Below are positions 23,733 through 31,705 of a stretch of 31,705 nucleotides of DNA, one piece after another (position 1 is the stretch's first letter; every line of letters begins with the position of its first letter). Position numbers and translations under genes: made by a program. The notes under the pieces are model-generated. The model searched no databases. It had not been told where the DNA came from and saw only the letters and a program-made list of their open reading frames with translations. Source of the DNA: Octopus bimaculoides (taxonomy: Eukaryota); assembly GCF_001194135.2 (NCBI RefSeq), contig NC_068985.1, positions 17,981,142 to 18,012,846 on the forward strand. The letters are read 5' to 3'.

Positions 23733-24954
23733 AGCACCAATGATGCTATATTTCTGGTAAGGCAACTTCAGGAGAAATACCTAACCAAGTATAAACCTCT
23801 GTACTTGGCGTTTGTTGCCTTAGAGAAAACCTTTGATTGGATCTCCTGATCCCTTATCTAAAACTATGGATAGACGAGTGGTTGGTAGGAGCTGTAGAAG
23901 TCATATACAGTGATTCTGTCAGTAAAGTGAGGGTTGGCAACGAGTATAGCGAAGAATTCGGGGTACAAGTAGGGGTTCGCTAAGGATCAGTACTCAGCCT
24001 CCTCTTATTCCTCATAGTCCTCCAGGCAATAACAGAGGAATTTAAGACAGGTTGCGCTTGGGAGCTCCTCTATGCTGATGACCTATGCTGATGACCAGAA
24101 CTAGAGTAGAGGTTTCAGGTTAGGAAGGGCCTTAGAGTTAATCTAGCAAAAACCAAAGTCTTAGTAAGTAGGAAAGCAGACAAATCACAAATCCTTTCAG
24201 GTAGATGGCCCTGTTTGGTCTGTAGAAAAGGCTTAGGTAGAAACTCCATAAGATGTGCCCTGTGTAAGCTATGGACACATAAAAGGTGCAGCAATATCAG
24301 AGGAAGGTTAACAGGGAAAATAATTTTTTGTGTGTGAAAGGTGCACAGGTACAATTAACACATAAAATGTACACAAAATAGATTCCATCACATCCTGGGG
24401 GAGCGGGAACTAGAAGTAGTCGATAGCTTCCGTTACCTAGGTGACCAAGCCAGTTGCGGGGGTGTATGCTCCGAGAGCGTAGCTGCTAGAATATGAATAA
24501 GCTGGGCAAAGTTCAGAGAGCTCTTACTTCCGCTGGTAACAAAGTGTTTCTCTCTCAGAGTGAAAGGTAGACTGTATGATGCCTGTGTGCGAACAGCCAT
24601 GCTACACGGCAGTGAAACATAGTCTGTAATTGTCGCGGACTTGCGCAGGCTTGTAAGAAATGTAGCTTGTATCCTCCGCTGGATGTGTATTGTCAGTGTG
24701 CATACATGACAGAGTGCTAGCGTCCTGAGAGAAAAGTTGGGCTTAAGAGGCATCAGATGTGGTGTGAAAGAGAGACGATTCCGTGGTATGGTCATGCAAT
24801 GCGTACGGACGAGGACAGCTGTGTGAAGAAGTGTCGCACTCTAACGGTGGAGGGAACCTGTGGAAGATGTAGACCCAGGAAGACATGGGACGAGGTGTTG
24901 AACCGAGAGCTTGGGCGATATGTTGTGTTTGAGAAGATCCGACAAGTCAAGTGA
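23733..24954 (+). mobile_element. RTE-clade LINE ORF2 fragment (RT to C-terminus), decayed
   Basis: STNDAIFLVRQLQEK, LAFVALEKTFD, GVR*GSVLS.LLF, ELLYADDL, NLAKTKV, VVDSFRYLG, KGRLYDACVRTAMLHGSET, WYGHAMR and GRCRPRKTWDEV are the collinear RTE RT and C-terminal motifs. It has stops and frameshifts. Confidence 0.93.
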
Positions 24955-25300
24955 GATCGTAGTCGTAGCCGATGCCGATGCACGTAAAGACTACCCTTCA
25001 AACATTGGGCGATATGCTGTGCTTGAGAAAACCTGTCAAGCCAAGTGAAATCATAGCCATGGTCGATGCCAGTGTCGTCTGACCACGGAGTCAGCGACAG
25101 GTGACCGAAACCTTTAGCGATATACCGTGCTTGTGTAGACGTGTCAAGCGAAGTGAGATCATAGTCGCTGCTGATGCCGGCGTCAGATCAATGGCACCTT
25201 TGTTGGTGGCACGTAAAAAAACACTCACTACGCTCTTGAAGTGGTTGGCGTTAGGAAGGGTGTCCAGCCGTAGAAACCTTGTTAAATCGGACTAGGACTT
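24910..25300 (+). repeat. Three imperfect tandem copies of the RTE ORF terminus plus a following UTR-like segment
   Basis: Units start at ~24910, ~25004 and ~25112 and translate RYVVFEKIRQVK*, RYAVLEKTCQAK* and RYTVLV*TCQAK*. Confidence 0.8.
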
Positions 25301-27136
25301 AATGCAGTTTCCCGACTTACCAGTTGAGTTGTACAGTAGCAACTGGCTGGCAATTACTCACAAGAACGATTAATACTAAAACAGGTGTAAATAAGTCTTT
25401 ATAAAATATTTAATGAATGTAAATATATAGAAAAAAGAAAGAAGTAATTTTAATCTTGCTAACTCCGACGATGTTATGTTAAATCTAAATGCCGAAAGTC
25501 AAACGAAGATGCACTACATATTATGATAACACCATTCACTGAAAAACCATAAAAAATATCTTGTCAGTAAAATTAGAACGAGAATATCAAATGTAATCTC
25601 CTACAAACATACTTTTACGTGCTGCACACTATAGCAATAATACTTTTAGGGAAAATGAAGTTAAAAAGAAGCCTCAATACAAAAGAGAAATTCACAGAAT
25701 AGCAGCCCCGAAGAAAGAAACATTATCTAGTTTGAAGTATGGATGTAATGCTCAGACATTTCAAAAACGCATTTACTATCAACGGCAAATGCCTCAGGTT
25801 GTTCGATAAAAGTAGCGTAAAAGTCGGTTGGAAAACATGGCTACTATGATAGCTCAAAGCAATTATACTATTAAGTACACATCTAACAATGAGTGAAATA
25901 GCAACCACAATAACACCTACAGCAAAACACTCGTCATTTTATTCTGTGGAAAGTACGAGTATATTAGTATAGCAATTCAATGTTTCGGTAGATTGTAACA
26001 GGATATATTATATCGGAATTGAGAAGATGATTTCTCCACATGAGCGAGAAATACAACACGCTTATTTACACTTTTGATTTGTTCAGTAAAAAGCAAGAGT
26101 TGGTGTGATGATGTAGACACGATAACAAACATCTCTTAAAGTACCCTACAAAATTGCAAACGAATTTTTAGTAAGAAATAGCTTCTTTGTAAATACCCTT
26201 TACAATAATACGCAACCATCATAAATGTTCACCAAACCACAAGGCACCAGCAATAACTGGCCATTGACATTAAAGCGAAAAAGTAAACTACTTGTGGGTT
26301 GTTTAAGAAACTAAATTTCTTATGAATAGATTTGAAGGACCTGAAATGGACTGGAAACTCGAATAAAGTCAAGTTCAACTTCAAATATATGAAATAAACC
26401 CAAGTGTATGCATTTTCATACGTGTTCTCTTGTTGGTGCNNNNNNNNNNNNNNNNNNNNNNNNNNNNNNNNNNNNNNNNNNNNNNNNNNNNNNNNNNNNN
26501 NNNNNNNNNNNNNNNNNNNNNNNNNNNNNNNNNNNNNNNNNNNNNNNNNNNNNNNNNNNNNNNNNNNNNNNNNNNNNNNNNNNNNNNNNNNNNNNNNNNN
26601 NNNNNNNNNNNNNNNNNNNNNNNNNNNNNNNNNNNNNNNNNNNNNNNNNNNNNNNNNNNNNNNNNNNNNNNNNNNNNNNNNNNNNNNNNNNNNNNNNNNN
26701 NNNNNNNNNNNNNNNNNNTATATATATACGTGATGATTGCTCAATATTCATAGATGGTTGCCATCTCCTTGTGCTTTATCGTTGTCAACGGCATTTCTGA
26801 TTTTGCGTCCATGAATTTCAGAAGACTATTCAATCCCGCTACAGATTCGTATGGTTTCAAGCATAGGTAACAAACGAAAGTTGTGAGTTACTGTATGCTT
26901 CCTACTGGTTAGACCTGCACACGTCATCACCCCTTCATCGTCTTAGGACTTTTAGTAGATGCAATAACAACGACGTCACCATACAAAGACACCTGTACGT
27001 CATTGCATTATTAAGATAGACCCTTGTGCAACACGGGTGCCACTCTTTGAATCTCTGTGATTCGTACCTAGTGTTAGATCTAAGGAAGATAGCCAATAGT
27101 CACATGGAACCGCAGGTTTTACATCAACCAATCCTT

Positions 27137-27371
27137 TTCTTATTTCTTTATTGCCCACAAGGGGCTAAACATAGAGGGGACAAACAAGGACAGACGAACG
27201 GGTTAAGTCGATTACATCGACCCCAGTGCGTAATTGGTACTTAATTTATCGAACCCGAAAGGATGAAAGGCAAAGTCGACCTCAGCGGAATTTGAACTCA
27301 GAACGTAACGGCAGACGAAATTCCGCTAAGCATTTCGCCCGGTGTGCTAACGCTTCTGCCAGCTCGTCCTT
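27137..27371 (-). mobile_element. SINE family A copy A8 (long tail, near full length)
   Basis: The reverse complement has the head gagctggcagaagcgttagc, B box gagttcaaattcc, shared body and the long tail ...gtcccctctatgtttagccccttgtgggcaataaagaaataag. Confidence 0.92.
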
Positions 27372-27957
27372 TTCTCATACATACATACATACATATTTGC
27401 ATAATTGTGTGTGCGAGTGAGTGTGTGTGTAGATATGTCTGTATTCTCTTAAAATCAAAATCGTATATTCAGTATTCTTGTAGAATATTTTAAAAGAAGA
27501 TTACAGTAAATAATGCAAAATCCTAACTAGACCGAAGGAGATGTACATTAACTGGTGCTATAGAAAAGCAACTTATTTAAGCTTAATTATTAAAAAGACT
27601 CACCAGATACAATTATCAGGCTGACAATAGTTTTGAAGTTACGTTCAATGCGAAAATTCGTATAAGGATACTTATTATTAGTTGTAAGGAAATTCATTAT
27701 TTCGACATTATTGAAATAAATATCGATAGTTGCCACGAACCTAAATTCGATACTGTTTGATCTTGAAGATGTATTGACTAAAGTTCAAACAGAGAAATTG
27801 TGGGTGGAGTACAATGATATTAAAGAAGCTGCTCCAGTCTCCGTCCTTATGTTGTTCCTCGAATCAAACTTCCAAACTTACTTGACATTTATATAGGCTC
27901 AAAAGCTTATCTAGCCTAGCAATCAATATTTAGATAGCGGCCACAAACACACACGCC

Positions 27958-28665
27958 TACATACATACATACATACATACATACATACATACATACATAC
28001 ATGCATGCAGGCATATAAGTATACTTAACAATAAATGTCCTGAACGAAACTCTCAGACCTTGAGTCACTTTTACAACTTCTGATGATTAAAAAATAGAAA
28101 ATATGTGTGTATGTGTGTGTGTGAATACGTGTGTGTGTGTATGTGTGTATGTATGTATGTATGTATATATATATATATATATATNNNNNNNNNNNNNNNN
28201 NNNNNNNNNNNNNNNNNNNNNNNNNNNNNNNNNNNNNNNNNNNNNNNNNNNNNNNNNNNNNNNNNNNNNNNNNNNNNNNNNNNNNNNNNNNNNNNNNNNN
28301 NNNNNNNNNNNNNNNNNNNNNNNNNNNNNNNNNNNNNNNNNNNNNNNNNNNNNNNNNNNNNNNNNNNNNNNNNNNNNNNNNNNNNNNNNNNNNNNNNNNN
28401 NNNNNNNNNNNNNNNNNNNNNNNNNNNNNNNNNNNNNNNNNNNNNNNNNNNNNNNNNNNNNNNNNNNNNNNNNNNNNNNNNNNNNNNNNNNNNNNNNNNN
28501 NNNNNNNNNNNNNNNNNNNNNNNNNNNNNNNATATATATATGTATATATACTATAAATGTGCATATTCATACATACATTTGAGAATGTATGTGTGTGTGT
28601 GTGTACGTGTGTGTGTGTACGTGTGTGTGTGTACGTGTGTGTGTGTGTGTACGTGTGTGTGTGGG
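27958..28665. repeat. (TACA)n, (TG)n, (TA)n microsatellite cluster around a gap (N 28185-28530)
   Basis: Read directly from the sequence. Confidence 0.9.
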
Positions 28666-28942
28666 TCGATATACATATGTGAGTGCGTGTTGCGTTTGGG
28701 ATGCAGTATCGTGCAGTGATTACTGTCTTGTTTGTCAAATCCGTTTGATGAAGTAAGTCCTAAGTTTAAAAGCAGAAAGTTTGTTTCATGTATTTTTTTT
28801 CTACTGAATTGTTGGACTGTGTTCCATATTTATTGTTTAGACCAGTGTTTCGCAAACTTTTGTGACTCAGAACTACCGTTCCACCGTTTGGCGTTTTACA
28901 ATCGCCCCTCCTCTAGTTTTGTTAAAACAAAAAAGTCAAAAA

Positions 28943-29260
28943 CTTCCGAAGGATCTCTGGAGTAACATTACTCGACAAGTTACGAGGCTCAGAGACCAAA
29001 CAGTTGCTCCAAATCGAGCCGCAACCTCACCACATTGAGAGGTCACAGCTGCAGTACTATAGATTTGTGATAAGAATACCTCAAAAAAGTATCGTAAGAC
29101 GGATCCTTCAGACCGAATCAACCGGCAGGAGACCTGGGGGTACACCAAGAACAAGATGGTTGGATAATATCCATAGTCTCAATTGGTCATACTTGGGAAT
29201 CTGGTAGGATTATAACAGTTTACGCATCAAGACCAGATTAGTAATTCGTTGTTATTCAGC
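28943..29260 (+). mobile_element. Second RTE-clade LINE C-terminal fragment
   Basis: One frame reads FRRISGVTLLDKLRGSE..LQIEP..HIERSQLQYYRFVIRIPQ..RRILQTESTGRRPGGTPRTRWLDNI. This matches the RTE C-terminus (R-x-x-GV..D; L-x-W-x-GH; GRR-x-x-G-x-PR-x-RW-x-D). Confidence 0.8.
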
Positions 29261-29719
29261 AATGATGTTAAATATCTACCAAAAAAATAGAATTGGTATT
29301 TTCTGCAAGTCATGTTGGCGCAATAAACTTGACATATCTCAAAAGAAAATAGCTTCAAAAATGACATTCCTCAACAAAATATTGTTTGGTATATAAAATT
29401 GTTAAGGGTAGTGAAAATTTGAGTCGATATATCTGATTTTTGCAACAAAAGGGTTAGAGATTTATTACTTTTTCTTAACTCATGCGCTCCCAGTTAGGTT
29501 CTTAAGTATTCGCAATTCGTACCTGGTTTTAAGGTTTTTCCTCCACCACCATCGTGATCAATAAGCGGGATCTAACAGGAATGAAAATAAAATTACAAAA
29601 GAATTAAAAAATTATAAACGAAATTAAAAATCTATACACTTTTACCATATATTAAACACGATAAACATAAATAAAAGTGTTTTAAAAAATTGTTCGATTT
29701 CACTGAAATAGATAGTTAA

Positions 29720-29736
29720 TTCTGGAACATCCTGTA
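29720..29736. mobile_element. Possible solo Tc1/mariner TIR
   Basis: ttctggaacatcctg+TA is close to the common TA-CAGGGTGTCC(C/A)GAA terminus. No partner end was found. Confidence 0.3.
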
Positions 29737-30792
29737 TTATACAATGAAGAAAAGAAGTCAAGCTCCTAGTGAGTAGTTTTCGAATCCCAGTTGACACCAG
29801 TTAACTCCCCTTAAGCTATACCATTCAGAAGAAAAAAAACATCCACAAACGTGACACACTCTCTGCCATACGATTATAAATGTGTGTACATCTGCCTAAG
29901 TAAGCATTTTTAGAATATGTATTTGTTATACAAACTTAAATTTTCCTACCGCCCACACATTGGTGACATGCAGTTTTGTTTCATTGTAAGATTATTCAAT
30001 GTCTCATCTTTATAAAATATGAGTTGCTTCATTTATTTTGTGTACTTACGAGAGGTTGTTTTGGTTTTTGTATTCTTGTCTTTTAATAATCTTCCGTAAT
30101 TTTAATTCTATTAATTAATACTGTAATAGTGGAAATGGTAGGTCTCAGAGTTTATCGATTTCCTAAATATTCTCTTTCAGGATTTTTGAACAACATACCT
30201 GCTTAAATAATCGACAGCCTTAAGCTTGAACTGCGATTTAATTTACTGCAGAAATATATAAATGATAGAAAAATTTACAGCTGACTCGAACTCAGCAGAA
30301 GTCGTCAATTAACGCACAGCATGTAATGCAATACAGTAAGAATATTCTCAGGAGCAGTTGCAAATTTTATTTTTTATTAATGTTTTATCTTACTAAATAT
30401 CGGTAAACTATATTCTTGTGTGGGTGAATTCCTTGTTTTGGTAAGGAGAGCTTGTTGGACTTTGTAAGGGTAGCTTGTAAACTATGATGGCACCGTAAGT
30501 AGTACTGGCACGAGGAAGACTTCCACGTTTTCTCTCCATTTTTTGCTTTCAGCTTTACATTGCACACGCTCCACAAAACTCATCCTGAACTTTTTCCTCT
30601 ACTCCACCAGATTCAAAACCACGTACGAATGCATAAACACCTGCACGTACATTTATATATATATATACACATACCCTACAAATCAAGTGCGATAATATAT
30701 ATCACTAAAAAAAAATGGAGGAATTATCGATTTATAAAAATCCGGAAGCAAAATATTACCATAATATGGGTCTAAAATTAGAAACTACCCCT

Positions 30793-30965
30793 ATAATAAT
30801 CCTTTTTATTAAAGGCACAAAACCTGAAATTTGTGGGGAGGGAACTGGTCGATTACATTGACTCCAGTGCGTAACTGATACTTATTTAATCGACTCCGAA
30901 AGGATGAAAGGCAAAATCGACCTCGGCGCAATTTGAACTCAGAAAGTAGCGACAGACGAAATACC
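30793..30965 (-). mobile_element. SINE family A copy A9 (short tail, head missing)
   Basis: Body and tail (…aaatttcaggttttgtgcctttaataaaaaggattattat on the minus strand) are present. It stops at ggtatttcgtc, where A10 abuts. Confidence 0.85.
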
Positions 30966-31192
30966 TATTTCGTTATTGCCCACAAGGGGCTAAACATAGA
31001 GGGGACAAACAAGAACAGACGAACGGATTAAGTCGATTACATCGACCCCAGTGCGTAACTGGTACTTAATTTATCGACCCCGAAAGGATGAAAGGCAAAG
31101 TCGACCTCGGCGGAATTTGAACTCAGAACGTAACGGCAGACGAAATACCGCTAAGGATTTCGTCCAGTGCGCTAACGATTCTGCTATCTCGC
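30966..31192 (-). mobile_element. SINE family A copy A10 (long tail)
   Basis: Near-identical to A8 over body and tail, with the B box gagttcaaattcc intact. Confidence 0.92.
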
Positions 31193-31354
31193 ATCATCAT
31201 CGTCGCCTTCGTCGTCNNNNNNNNNNNNNNNNNNNNNNNNNNNNNNNNNNNNNNNNNNNNNNNNNNNNNNNNNNNNNNNNNNNNNNNNNNNNNNNNNNNN
31301 NNNNNNNNNNNNNNNNNNNNNNNNNNNNNNNNNNNNNNNNNNNNNNNNNNNNNN

Positions 31355-31391
31355 ACTTGGCACTGCCGACAGAGCACTTTCAATACAATAA
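31355..31391 (+). mobile_element. Possible R4/Dong-like extreme 3' remnant (copy H)
   Basis: ctt ggc act gcc gac aga gca ctt tca ata caa taa = LGTADRALSIQ*. It shares cactttcaatac with copy G and LGTA with copies A and B. Confidence 0.45.
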
Positions 31392-31429
31392 ACTGTGCAC
31401 GTAGAATACTTTCAATATAATAAAGTTAT

Positions 31430-31647
31430 AAGGCAGCGAGTTGGCAGAGTCGTGAGCACGCCGGGGAAAATGCTTAGCAGTATTTCATCCGCCTTTATGT
31501 TCCGAGTTCAAATACCGACGAAGTTGACTTTGCCTTTCATCCTTTCGGGGTCAATAAAATAAGTACCAGTTGAGCACAGGGGTCGATGCAATCGACTTAA
31601 CCCCTCCCCACAAAACTGCTGGCGTTATGCCAAAATTTGAAACCAAT
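31430..31647 (+). mobile_element. SINE family A copy A11 (gaaaccaat tail)
   Basis: Head aaggcagcgagttggcagagtcg, B box gagttcaaatacc, shared body, and tail aaaactgctggcgttatgccaaaatttgaaaccaat, as in A2. Confidence 0.9.
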
Positions 31648-31705
31648 GTAATAGAATAATACAGACCGGAAAAATGCTGCATATATCCAGATATGTGTTC
31701 AGTAG

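Noticed and set aside
24910-25180. CRISPR-like repeat-spacer appearance of the three ~100-bp units
   Set aside because: The units are long and divergent and translate as the RTE ORF terminus. The context is eukaryotic and there are no cas genes.
27882-27915. 34-nt minus-strand micro-exon candidate (LDKLLSLYKCQ, donor GTAAGT)
   Set aside because: The acceptor is weak, the exon is very short, and there is no supporting homology.
28843-28860. cagtgtttcgcaaac as a hAT/Charlie TIR
   Set aside because: No matching right end or TSD was found.
30530-30640. Strong + strand acceptor (tttttgctttcag) and protein-like minus frames near 30400-30640
   Set aside because: No convincing donor or recognisable product in either orientation.
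27226-31216. Recurrent peptide MRNWYLIYRPRKDERQS... (27226-27420, 31051 onward, 22477-22695)
   Set aside because: It is the antisense translation of SINE family A, not a gene family.
31411-31660. Possible TSD around SINE A11 (caatataataaagttat versus caatgtaatagaataat)
   Set aside because: Several mismatches in very AT-rich sequence make it indistinguishable from background.

Overview
This is AT-rich eukaryotic animal DNA from a gapped short-read assembly, with 11 N-runs, most of them flanked by microsatellites. The SINE families and microsatellite density fit an octopus (coleoid cephalopod); that assignment is my inference. I found no confidently identifiable host protein-coding gene, RNA gene or CRISPR array, and every long ORF in the supplied track is an artefact of N-runs or simple repeats. 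The window is mostly decayed mobile DNA. It holds three tRNA-derived SINE families (labelled here A x11, B x3, C x2), eight 3' pieces of R4/Dong-like restriction-like-endonuclease (RLE) LINEs, two RTE LINE fragments and an L1/Tx1 fragment. It also holds Penelope-like remnants, a piggyBac transposase remnant, a hAT-type MITE and a 568-bp foldback element. The most notable structures are: (1) R4/Dong-like 3' ends stacked in (TAA)n arrays, together with (ATT)n-tailed SINEs that seem to build those arrays; (2) a complete C4HC3 PHD-type finger inside the RTE reverse transcriptase; (3) one SINE body carrying three alternative 3' tails; (4) a ~96% identical inverted SINE pair 1.1 kb apart; and (5) a 257-bp perfect inverted duplicate that may be an assembly artefact. 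Protein and family assignments come from manual translation and motif recognition, not database searches.
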